From sequence record MN850637.1: a DNA stretch of 64,000 nt; one strand, written 5' to 3'. The stretch comes from Escherichia phage warpig. Positions within the stretch are counted from its first letter, which is position 1. Each line of letters begins with the position of its first letter. The position numbers and the translations under genes were made by a program. The notes beneath the pieces are model-generated. The model worked only from the letters and a program-made list of their open reading frames with translations, was not told the origin of the DNA and did not search any database. Positions 10,746 through 19,452 of this stretch are shown one piece after another.

Positions 10746-11001
10746 TAGTTATAAAAGAGAGGGGCTCACACCCTTCTTTGAAGAAAAAAGTTTAAATAAA
10801 TTTCAGGAAGAGTGTTTGACAAAGATTGATAGGTTCTATAGAATGCTCTACATGAAATGTGATGGAGGTGTTGAGGTAGAAGAAAAGTTCCATCATAGTA
10901 TTATCACAGTCACTATTACTATACCTGAACATAATATTGGTTGGCTGTTTATAATGAAAGAAAATGTGTTTGGATATCAAGTATATCGGAGAATATCATG
11001 A
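10708..11001 (+). CDS. hypothetical protein
   Basis: ORF overlapping end of primase-helicase; start uncertain. Confidence 0.3.
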   Translation: MRMQMTAHSKLSDSYKREGLTPFFEEKSLNKFQEECLTKIDRFYRMLYMKCDGGVEVEEKFHHSIITVTITIPEHNIGWLFIMKENVFGYQVYRRIS

Positions 11002-11147
11002 AACACTCTAAAGCATTTGAAAAAGTTTTTGGGGATTCCTTAAAAGCCACTGCTGGAAAACCAGCAAAATACTATGAAGAGAAGCGTGTAAGAACTGGAA
11101 AAACTGCACGTAAAGCAGCTTCTAAAGATAAGCACAACTTCCAGTAA
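10998..11147 (+). CDS. small basic protein
   Basis: 49-aa Lys/Arg-rich ORF with RBS GGAGAAT before ATG. Confidence 0.35.
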   Translation: MKHSKAFEKVFGDSLKATAGKPAKYYEEKRVRTGKTARKAASKDKHNFQ

Positions 11148-11154
11148 TTAATGT

Positions 11155-11183
11155 TTGACAATAGAGTATCAACAAACTAGAAT
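11155..11183 (+). promoter_or_regulatory. sigma70-like promoter
   Basis: TTGACA - 17 bp - TAGAAT upstream of SSB-like gene. Confidence 0.5.
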
Positions 11184-11219
11184 TGGTACTCTTCATAAAT
11201 TGAGATAGAGGTTTAAATA

Positions 11220-12077
11220 ATGTCTAAAGTTGTTAAAATGAAAGCTCCGGTAGAGAAGTACAACGGTACTGAACGCCAAACTCTGCGTTACCTGCTGAAA
11301 GATGTCTGGTTTTATTACCTGAACACTTCACCACGTCCGGGAAAAGGTAAGTCTATTGATAAGAAATTCCCAGGCAAAGACTGTAACTACAGCGTATCAA
11401 TTCTGGCAGAAGACGGTAACAAACTGTTTAAAGAGTTTACTAAGTCTAAGAAGAACCCAGAAGGTTGGGATAAAGTTACTACTGAAGCAGTTGATGCAGA
11501 TGACTTCGAAGAGAAGTTTGGTTGTAAACCACCTTTTGAAGCAGACACTTACTACATCTTGAAAGTAAGTCGTGCAGCAGCTTATAAAGATGGTGCTGTA
11601 TGGACAGCTAAACAGTCATTCCCTGTTATGCTTATTGAAGAAGTAAATGGTAAGCGTGTAGCTGTTAAACAGCCGATGAAGAAAATCAAAGCTCAAGCAT
11701 CTGATAAACATGAAGATGACAAGAACTATGATGTAATTCATCCAGATATTGCAGTTGGTAACGGTTCTTTTGGTAGTGTGATTCTTTCTACTCACTTCTA
11801 CACTTTTGAGAACAATGTTCTGACAAAACCTATTCAGGAACAGTTTATCATTGATACTCTTGTACCTTACACTGGTGGTAACGGTGCTAACGGTGAACCT
11901 GAACTGGATGAAGACGAACTGGCTATGCTTGGTCTTGATGGTGTCGAAGATAACGGTGAAATCACTGAAGAAGATGCAACAGACCATAAATCTTCGAATG
12001 AGTCTGATGATGGTGATGATGAAGATTTGCCAGACCCAGATGACGAAGAAGATGAAGACTTCGATACAGAAGACTAA
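11220..12077 (+). CDS. single-stranded DNA-binding protein (T7 gp2.5-like)
   Basis: About 285 aa with strongly acidic C-terminal tail (DDEEDEDFDTED); position between helicase and exonuclease. Confidence 0.45.
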   Translation: MSKVVKMKAPVEKYNGTERQTLRYLLKDVWFYYLNTSPRPGKGKSIDKKFPGKDCNYSVSILAEDGNKLFKEFTKSKKNPEGWDKVTTEAVDADDFEEKFGCKPPFEADTYYILKVSRAAAYKDGAVWTAKQSFPVMLIEEVNGKRVAVKQPMKKIKAQASDKHEDDKNYDVIHPDIAVGNGSFGSVILSTHFYTFENNVLTKPIQEQFIIDTLVPYTGGNGANGEPELDEDELAMLGLDGVEDNGEITEEDATDHKSSNESDDGDDEDLPDPDDEEDEDFDTED

Positions 12078-12095
12078 TCTCTAAAAGTTACTTTA

Positions 12096-12123
12096 AAGCC
12101 CTGTACTTAGTATGGGGCTTTTT
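12096..12123 (+). terminator. rho-independent terminator
   Basis: AAGCCC-loop-GGGCTT hairpin followed by TTT. Confidence 0.45.
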
Positions 12124-12139
12124 CATATGGAGAGCCATA

Positions 12140-13180
12140 ATGGAGAAGTACACATTAACAAAGCTTCCCGATTCAGTTACACATGTTTTTATTGACTCTG
12201 ACAGTATTGCCTATAAAGGTGCTTGTGTAGTTGAGAAAGCAAAGTATAAATATGTCAATAAACTCACAGCAGAAGAGTCTGAGCCATTTGATAATGCGAA
12301 AGATGCTGCAAGATGGTTAGCAGACCAGAGAATCCTTGTGGAAGAGCTTGGCCTGACATTTAATGAGGATGAATGGGAAAGGCAGACTTGGAAAGAAGCT
12401 AAGAGTGAAAAAGAAGCTATCATGGCTACTCAACAGGTTCTTCAGGAATGGCTTAAGGTTGTTGGTAAAGAGAGAATTTGGGTAGGTTATCTAACAGAGA
12501 AAGGTGTGCATAAGCATAAAGACATTAAAGGTCTTGAGCACCAATATCAAGGTAACCGTAAAGATGCTGTCACACCAACACACTTAGTTGCTTGTCGTGA
12601 GTATCTTCTGTCAAGACCAGAGTTCAAACTAATTCTTGATGGATTTGAAGCCGATTCTATCGTTATTGCTAAAGCTGAAAAGATGGGTAAAAAGGCTGCC
12701 TTGATGAGTATTGATAAAGACCTTCGTCAAGCTGAAGGGACTTACTGCATTGATATGACCTATGAAAAGTCACCTTTGATTTTCATTGCTGACAACAACG
12801 TAGGTGAAATTTGGGATTGCCCAATAAAATCGACACCAAAAGCTAAGAAGACAGTTGGGGTAGGTTTTAAATTTCTTTGTTACCAAGCTGTGGCTGGTGA
12901 TAATGCTGATAATTATTTTGGTTTAAAGGGCGTTGGTAAGGCTACTGTAATGAAAGCACTTGAAGGTAAAACCACCTACAAAGAGTGTCTTGATGCAATT
13001 TATGAGCTTTATGCTAAGAAAGAGTCATACACTTATGTCTCGTGGGATGGTCAAACAATTACCAGAACACCTTTAGAGTTAATGCAGCAACACTTTTTCT
13101 TAGCTTATCAGGAAAGAAACAAGAAAGACGATTTCACTTTTAAGAAATATAATTGGGAGCCGTGTATGAATGAAGATTAA
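12140..13180 (+). CDS. 5'-3' exonuclease / flap endonuclease
   Basis: N-terminal acidic motif FIDSDSIAYKG and H3TH-like GDNADNYFGLKGVGKATVMKAL. Confidence 0.8.
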   Translation: MEKYTLTKLPDSVTHVFIDSDSIAYKGACVVEKAKYKYVNKLTAEESEPFDNAKDAARWLADQRILVEELGLTFNEDEWERQTWKEAKSEKEAIMATQQVLQEWLKVVGKERIWVGYLTEKGVHKHKDIKGLEHQYQGNRKDAVTPTHLVACREYLLSRPEFKLILDGFEADSIVIAKAEKMGKKAALMSIDKDLRQAEGTYCIDMTYEKSPLIFIADNNVGEIWDCPIKSTPKAKKTVGVGFKFLCYQAVAGDNADNYFGLKGVGKATVMKALEGKTTYKECLDAIYELYAKKESYTYVSWDGQTITRTPLELMQQHFFLAYQERNKKDDFTFKKYNWEPCMNED

Positions 13181-13667
13181 AGGATTTGGCAATTGCCCTA
13201 CCTATGGTCATTGGGTATCTTTATGTGGGGAAGTTGACCCCACTAAACATTTTGGTTTTGTCTATTTAGTGTACTGCAAAAAGACTGGACAGTATTATTT
13301 GGGTAAGAAACAGTTTAATAGCGTGACCAAAAGAAAAGTTGCTGGTAAGACTCGGAAGAAGATAGTCACTAAGGAAAGTGATTGGCTGACTTACGAGACT
13401 TCTTCTGAGTATATCAAAAAAGATATTGAGAGCTTTGGAAAAGAATCTTTTGACTTTTACATTATTCAGACCTACTACACAAAAGGTGGCCTAGTCTATG
13501 GTGAAGCAAACCTTCAACATAAATTTGATGTAATGACAAAAAGGATTGACTCGAAGCTCAGACTCTTCTACAATGCCAATATTGCAGCAATTAAGTTTAT
13601 TACTAAAGAAACTTATGAAGATGCTGAAAAAAGAATCCATAAGGTAATGAAAGCAAACTGTGCTTGA
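13170..13667 (+). CDS. hypothetical protein, possible GIY-YIG-like nuclease
   Basis: FVYLVYCKKTGQYYLGKK resembles GIY...YIG spacing; weak. Confidence 0.3.
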   Translation: MKIKGFGNCPTYGHWVSLCGEVDPTKHFGFVYLVYCKKTGQYYLGKKQFNSVTKRKVAGKTRKKIVTKESDWLTYETSSEYIKKDIESFGKESFDFYIIQTYYTKGGLVYGEANLQHKFDVMTKRIDSKLRLFYNANIAAIKFITKETYEDAEKRIHKVMKANCA

Positions 13668-13688
13668 TAACTATTGAGAGAGAATAAA

Positions 13689-13919
13689 ATGTTTAACAAA
13701 AGTAAAGCTGTGAGTCATGTAGCAAAGGTTGACAGCAAGATTGAAGAACTTGAGCGCATTCTTGCAAATGCCAGAGAGTCAATAATTAAAGAAGTTGAAG
13801 CTGTTGAATCTCAAATGCAACACCTAATGCTTAAACGTCAAGAGTTACGTGAGCATCTGGAATATATTGAAACACGAGAGCTAAAGGTTAACAGATTTTT
13901 AAGGAGTCCAAATGTTTAA
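13689..13919 (+). CDS. hypothetical coiled-coil protein
   Basis: 76-aa ORF. Confidence 0.4.
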   Translation: MFNKSKAVSHVAKVDSKIEELERILANARESIIKEVEAVESQMQHLMLKRQELREHLEYIETRELKVNRFLRSPNV

Positions 13920-14667
13920 CTCAAGAGAAGCAGTAAAAAACTGGAATCTTCGTTGTGGAAACACTCAAAAGCAACCTTACAGTGATGAGTATTGGGAATC
14001 TTTAAAATCCCAGTCTCTGTGTATGCTTGAAGAAGCAAAAGAGCTTGTAAAAGCAATTGAAGAGAAAGACCCCATTGAGACACTGGATGCTCAGGCAGAT
14101 TTGCAATATGTTCTTGATGGTCTGATTTATCTGTCACAACATGACCATAACGGTGCTATGAAAGCTGTTTGCCATAATAATGACCTGAAATACACAGATA
14201 ACTATGAAGAAGCTTTAAAACGTCTTGCAGATATTGAAAAGCGTACTGGTCAAGAGTGTATTATCAGAATGTCAGTAGTTGATGGTAAAGAGTGGTATGC
14301 AATTGTTCGTGCAGCAGATGGGAAGATTATGAAGCAATCAAATCTCCCTAAAGTACAGCTTGGTGAATACATTGTAGAACTTGAAAGCCAAGAACTTTTT
14401 GTGGTAGTATCTGAGACATGCGTTATCTGCAAAGGTATTGTATGTAGCTTAAAGGATTTGGGTGTAGATGGTTTTGTAGAAGTTAATCCAATTACCTCTA
14501 AAGCAGATAAAGATTTCTGTAAAGAGAATGGACTATGGATTGCAGATATTGTCTACTATGATGGTGAGCAGTTCCATGTAACCTCATACCCGAAACTGAA
14601 TTATGATGCTAATAACCTGAAGTGCTGGTTAAAAGGGGTTGGTTATAATGGATTCACAGAACATTAA
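13912..14667 (+). CDS. hypothetical protein
   Basis: 251-aa ORF. Confidence 0.45.
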   Translation: MFNSREAVKNWNLRCGNTQKQPYSDEYWESLKSQSLCMLEEAKELVKAIEEKDPIETLDAQADLQYVLDGLIYLSQHDHNGAMKAVCHNNDLKYTDNYEEALKRLADIEKRTGQECIIRMSVVDGKEWYAIVRAADGKIMKQSNLPKVQLGEYIVELESQELFVVVSETCVICKGIVCSLKDLGVDGFVEVNPITSKADKDFCKENGLWIADIVYYDGEQFHVTSYPKLNYDANNLKCWLKGVGYNGFTEH

Positions 14668-14971
14668 TAAAGAGGGTGTGGCTCAGAAGAGCCACTTCTC
14701 AAACTACAATATTTCTATGACGGTGTTTATGAATGACCCGTTACTAGAAAAATATGGTGAGACTCCAGATACACTTCTGGACAATGAACAAGTTTTAAAA
14801 GCAGTCCTGTACAAATATGGGATTGATATTGAGAAAGAGTATTCTTTTGAAATCTGCCAACACAGAAATACTTTTGGGAAAGTTGTAATGGCTCCACTCT
14901 TCATGGGTGTAGAAAGGACTGACTATGGTTGGTTATATCTAAAAAGAAACTTGGAGAAATACCGTGTCTAA
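14639..14971 (+). CDS. hypothetical protein
   Basis: 110-aa ORF. Confidence 0.4.
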   Translation: MVIMDSQNINKEGVAQKSHFSNYNISMTVFMNDPLLEKYGETPDTLLDNEQVLKAVLYKYGIDIEKEYSFEICQHRNTFGKVVMAPLFMGVERTDYGWLYLKRNLEKYRV

Positions 14972-15299
14972 AACAAAAAAGCTATCTTATGATGACATTA
15001 TCTCAGGTGCTAAGTTAGGTGTTGACAGTATCGGACAAGATATCAAGCACGGAGACACAGTCATGTACTGTGATGACCGAAGAGGAAGAAGTGCAATCTT
15101 GTTTGGAAGGATTGTTTGCAAGATGCGAGGTAATTACGTTGTTGCAGACATGGATGTGAACGTTACACAAAAACTTGAAACAATTATGGATGATAATACA
15201 TCATCATGGCTCCTGAATTGTATGCACACTTCTTCAGTCACAAAAGTAAGTGATAAGTTTTACGATATGTGGCAGAATGAGCAAATTTTCAAGATTTAA
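14964..15299 (+). CDS. hypothetical protein
   Basis: 111-aa ORF. Confidence 0.4.
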   Translation: MSKTKKLSYDDIISGAKLGVDSIGQDIKHGDTVMYCDDRRGRSAILFGRIVCKMRGNYVVADMDVNVTQKLETIMDDNTSSWLLNCMHTSSVTKVSDKFYDMWQNEQIFKI

Positions 15300-15305
15300 A
15301 CTAGG

Positions 15306-15327
15306 GAGCCTCTTCGGAGGCTCTTTT
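15306..15327 (+). terminator. rho-independent terminator
   Basis: GAGCCTC-TTCG-GAGGCTC hairpin followed by TTTT. Confidence 0.55.
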
Positions 15328-15345
15328 CATCTGTAGGATTCGAAA

Positions 15346-17580
15346 ATGATTAAGACAATTAAAAAATCAAATGGTACAGTAGTAAGCTTTGACCCAGAAA
15401 GACTGAATAAGTGGGCATCATGGGCAGATAAACGTGGAATTATCTGGTCAGAAGTCACTATGGAAGCTATGAAACGTGTCTATGAAGGTTGCACTACAAA
15501 AGAGATGCACCAAGCCATGATTGATGTTTGTGTTGATAAACAAACTCAAGAGTACTCAGATATGGCTGGACGACTGCTTTTGGGTATTATCTACAAAGAA
15601 GCCTTTGGAGGCTTTACTAAGGTTCCTACGCTGGTTACCTTCGTTAAAAATATGGAGAGAGCAGGACTTTGGGAGAAGATGGACTATTCTCAGGAAGAGC
15701 TTGAATACCTGCAAGGGTACATTGTGCACTCAAAAGATATCTCTTATGGTTATGCAGTCCTGAAACAGTTCAGAGACAAGTATGGTATCCGTGATATTAA
15801 AACGGGAAGACTTTTTGAGTCACCACAGTTTATGTTTATGGGTATGGCTATGAAAGCCTTTGAGAAGCAACCAAAGCACCGTAGACTGCAAGATGTTATC
15901 AAGCTGTACACTTACCTATCTGACCTGAAGATTAACGCTCCTACGCCTTATCTGAATGGTTTAAGAGCCACTAAATCAGGTTATGCGTCATGCTGTTTGA
16001 TTAAGGCAAATGATACTGCTGAATCACTTGGTATTGCTGCAAAGGTTGCTTATGATATGACTACAAAGCAAGCTGGTATTGGGATGCTGATGGAGACTCG
16101 CACTATTGGTGATGGTATCCGTCAAAACACGATTGAACACATGGGTAAGCTACCTTATTACAAGCTTGTACGTTCATCTGTAGAAGCAAACAAACAGAAG
16201 AGTCGTGGTGGTTCAGCTAATAACTTCTACACTGCTCTAGACCCGCAGATTGAAGATTTACTGCGTTTGAAGCACCCTACAACGGTTCCTTCGAAACGTA
16301 TTAATGAGATGGACTACTCATTTGGTACAAATGATTATTTCTGGCAGTGTGTTCAATATGATACAGACTGGTTGCTATTCTCTTACAAGGATGCGCCAAA
16401 ACTCTATGACATGTTTTACACAGCATCTGCTGATGAGTTTGCTATGGCAGTTGGTCATGCAGTGCATTCAGGTGTTAAGCACAGACGGGTGAAGGCTCGT
16501 GAAATTGCTAAACTATTTATCCAGCAGCGTTATGCAACAGGACGTGTGTATCCATTCTTCACTAACAATGCGAACACACATACACCATTTAAAGAACCAT
16601 TGAAGATGTCAAATCTTTGTATGGAAATTGTGTTGCCAGTGTATGGTTTTGAGAAAGAGACAGACCTTTACAGAGACGATGCTGTGAAAGAGGATGGTGA
16701 GGTGGCTCTTTGCTTCCTAGCTAGTTTGGTTGCAGGGAGAATTTCAGAAGATGAATACGCTGACGTTGCTTATTATGCTCTTGCAATGGTTGACTCCGTT
16801 ATTGACCTTATGGATTATCCGTATCCGTCGATGCGTAACCATGTTCAGAAGCGTCGTTCTGTTGGGATTGGCCTTACAAATGTGGCTCATTACCTTGCGA
16901 AGAACTACGTGAACTACTCTTCACGAGCAGGTAAAACGAAACTTCATGAACTGGCAGAGATGCACTCTTACTATCTGCATGAAGCCTCTCTGAGACTTGC
17001 TAAAGAGCGTGGCGTTCCAGAGTACATGAAGTTCACTAAGTATCCTGAAGGCTGGGTTCCTCCAAAGACAGCTAACAAGAAGATTGATGAAAAGCATGAT
17101 GCAAAACTACGATATGATTGGGATGACTTAGCACAACGTATCAAAGAAAATGGTGGAATCCGAAACTCTGTATTAGAAGCTTACATGCCTAATGAGAGTT
17201 CTTCACTGGCAACTAATACGACAAATGGCTTGTACCCAATTCGTGACTTTATTTTAACTAAAAAGTCTGCAACTGGTAACGTGCTGTTTATTGTTCCAGA
17301 TTATGAAGAGTTGAAGTATGTATATGAAATTGCTTGGGGTATTGACACCTTTGACCTGATTGATTGTTATGCAATTGTTCAAAAGTTCACTGGTCAAGCT
17401 ATCTCTTCAGATTTCTATGTTGACTACGCAAAAGCTAAGAAGGTATCATTGGCTCAAGCTTTGAAGTACATGATTTATGCCAACTCGGTAGGTATGAAAA
17501 CCATGTACTACCTTAACAGTCGCATTGGTGTAGGTAAATCTGCACTGCAAGATGCTTATTGCGAGGGTTGTGGTGTTTAG
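15346..17580 (+). CDS. nrdA: ribonucleotide reductase class I alpha subunit
   Basis: 744 aa; N-terminal ATP-cone-like region; active-site NLCMEI; C-terminal CEGCG cysteine pair. Confidence 0.9.
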   Translation: MIKTIKKSNGTVVSFDPERLNKWASWADKRGIIWSEVTMEAMKRVYEGCTTKEMHQAMIDVCVDKQTQEYSDMAGRLLLGIIYKEAFGGFTKVPTLVTFVKNMERAGLWEKMDYSQEELEYLQGYIVHSKDISYGYAVLKQFRDKYGIRDIKTGRLFESPQFMFMGMAMKAFEKQPKHRRLQDVIKLYTYLSDLKINAPTPYLNGLRATKSGYASCCLIKANDTAESLGIAAKVAYDMTTKQAGIGMLMETRTIGDGIRQNTIEHMGKLPYYKLVRSSVEANKQKSRGGSANNFYTALDPQIEDLLRLKHPTTVPSKRINEMDYSFGTNDYFWQCVQYDTDWLLFSYKDAPKLYDMFYTASADEFAMAVGHAVHSGVKHRRVKAREIAKLFIQQRYATGRVYPFFTNNANTHTPFKEPLKMSNLCMEIVLPVYGFEKETDLYRDDAVKEDGEVALCFLASLVAGRISEDEYADVAYYALAMVDSVIDLMDYPYPSMRNHVQKRRSVGIGLTNVAHYLAKNYVNYSSRAGKTKLHELAEMHSYYLHEASLRLAKERGVPEYMKFTKYPEGWVPPKTANKKIDEKHDAKLRYDWDDLAQRIKENGGIRNSVLEAYMPNESSSLATNTTNGLYPIRDFILTKKSATGNVLFIVPDYEELKYVYEIAWGIDTFDLIDCYAIVQKFTGQAISSDFYVDYAKAKKVSLAQALKYMIYANSVGMKTMYYLNSRIGVGKSALQDAYCEGCGV

Positions 17581-17635
17581 TTTTAATAACTATGAGGGTC
17601 GTAAAAGACCCTCTAAAAATAACTTTGGAGAGACC

Positions 17636-17893
17636 ATGAAAGATTTAATAGAAAAACATGAGCGACCAATATACTTGCTCTACAAACCCCGCAAAACATT
17701 GTACTATGTGAGCAGCACAGGTATCATGATAAAGCAGAATGATGACTTATGGGTCACTGGAGCCTCTTACATCTCTACAGCAGATGGTAAAATCTACGCA
17801 AGACCTTATGAGATGTTTAACAAAGAGAATTGGGAAGTTTTAGACAGAAAACAAGCCTTAGAAATGATAAAGAAAGGAGAAATCACGCTATGA
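17636..17893 (+). CDS. hypothetical protein
   Basis: 85-aa ORF between nrdA and nrdB. Confidence 0.4.
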   Translation: MKDLIEKHERPIYLLYKPRKTLYYVSSTGIMIKQNDDLWVTGASYISTADGKIYARPYEMFNKENWEVLDRKQALEMIKKGEITL

Positions 17894-18963
17894 TTAACCA
17901 GCACCCAATCTTTTTAGGTGGTGAGAGAAAAACTTTTGACTCACTCAATAAGCACTACCCAAAAATCTTTGAACTTTATAAACAACAAAAAGCACAAGAC
18001 TGGTCAGAAGATGAGTTCCCTTTTGAACAATCACGTCTTGATTTTGAGAGTGTCCCAGCATCAATGTCAGGTGTAATGCTTGAGATTCTTAAGTGGCAAT
18101 GGGAAGCAGACACTCAAGTTGCTAAGAGCTTGGCATTTGCCTTTGCACCTTTTATCTCTGATGACATTTATGCAACTGCAATTATGAAGCAGTCTGAGAT
18201 TGAAAACCTACATGCTCTTACTTACTCAGAGATTGTAAGACAATGTATTAAAAACCCTGAAACAATCTTAGATGAGATTAACCAGAATGTTGCTGTGCAA
18301 GACCGATTAAAAACTGTGAATCGTGTTCTTGAAGAATTACTGGATGAAGGTATAAACTATCGTCTGAGTTATGTGCGTGACTCACTTCTGGACAAAGACC
18401 CTTTACACTTCCATAAAGTGATTCTGAAAGGTCTATTTGCAGTGACTGCACTGGAAGGTATATCTTTTATGGCATCCTTTGCATGTACTTTTGCACTTGA
18501 TGCTCAAGATAAATTTCAGGGTATTGCTCAAGCTGTGCAGAAGATTATGCTTGATGAAATCCTTCACACTAAAATTGATATTGAAGTTTTAAAAGAAACT
18601 TTAAGAGATGATGAGTGGCAGAAAGCTTTTCAACAAATTCTTCCAGAGATTAAAGTAATCTTAGATGAAGTAGTTGAAAGTGAAGAGAAATGGTCGTATT
18701 ATATCTTCTCCGAAGGACGTGCTGTAGTTGGCTTAAATACAAAGCTTCTTCATGAGTGGGTTTACTATAATGCTGCCCCACTGTATGATATGTTTGGCAT
18801 TCCCAGAGATTTTGTAGCTCCTAAAGAACCACCTTTGAAGTACATGATTAAGAAGATGGAAATTGATAAAGAGCAGAATGCTAATCAGGAGCAACAGAAC
18901 GGTGCGTACCTGTTGAATACTGTTGTAGATGATTTGAATAGTGGATTTTTAGAGGTTCCTTAA
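17890..18963 (+). CDS. nrdB: ribonucleotide reductase class I beta subunit
   Basis: About 357 aa after internal start with RBS AAAGGAG; ferritin-like R2 segments (EGISFMASFACTFAL); immediately downstream of nrdA. Confidence 0.85.
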   Translation: MINQHPIFLGGERKTFDSLNKHYPKIFELYKQQKAQDWSEDEFPFEQSRLDFESVPASMSGVMLEILKWQWEADTQVAKSLAFAFAPFISDDIYATAIMKQSEIENLHALTYSEIVRQCIKNPETILDEINQNVAVQDRLKTVNRVLEELLDEGINYRLSYVRDSLLDKDPLHFHKVILKGLFAVTALEGISFMASFACTFALDAQDKFQGIAQAVQKIMLDEILHTKIDIEVLKETLRDDEWQKAFQQILPEIKVILDEVVESEEKWSYYIFSEGRAVVGLNTKLLHEWVYYNAAPLYDMFGIPRDFVAPKEPPLKYMIKKMEIDKEQNANQEQQNGAYLLNTVVDDLNSGFLEVP

Positions 18964-19205
18964 TGACTTATGTAATTTACTCCAAAACTGGATGCCCTCA
19001 GTGTGAGACTGCAAAGAATTTTGCAAAAGCTCGTGGTATTGACCATGTTGTGAGAATGTTAGGGCAGGACTATGAACTATCAGACCTGATGAATATTGCA
19101 CAGATGCCAGTGCGTCAGATGCCATTCATCATGAAAACTGATGGGCAAAACCTAAAGCCTGTTGGAACGCTACAGAATTTTATGGCAGAGGTGAATAATG
19201 CTTAA
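18963..19205 (+). CDS. glutaredoxin / NrdH-like redoxin
   Basis: 80 aa with CPQC active site near N-terminus; adjacent to nrdB. Confidence 0.7.
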   Translation: MTYVIYSKTGCPQCETAKNFAKARGIDHVVRMLGQDYELSDLMNIAQMPVRQMPFIMKTDGQNLKPVGTLQNFMAEVNNA

Positions 19206-19404
19206 ACGCCTTTGGGAAGGTTTGGTTGTTGATGCACCAGCTATTGTGATTGGTATGCTTATTGTTAACCTATTTACTGACTTTGAACAAAGTTCATTGT
19301 TTGGAGCTATGTTACTATGGGTTATCTTCGAAATATTAGAGATACAGTTAGGTATCACTGAAAAACTAAGAGAACTCTTTTCGAAGTTTTCTAAAAAGAT
19401 TTAA
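19198..19404 (+). CDS. small membrane protein
   Basis: 68 aa, two hydrophobic segments. Confidence 0.35.
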   Translation: MLKRLWEGLVVDAPAIVIGMLIVNLFTDFEQSSLFGAMLLWVIFEILEIQLGITEKLRELFSKFSKKI

Positions 19405-19410
19405 AATGAA

Positions 19411-19433
19411 AGGGTCTCTTCGGAGACCTTTTT
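19411..19433 (+). terminator. rho-independent terminator
   Basis: GGTCTC-TTCG-GAGACC hairpin followed by TTTTT. Confidence 0.55.
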
Positions 19434-19452
19434 AGCATGTAAAGGGGCAATA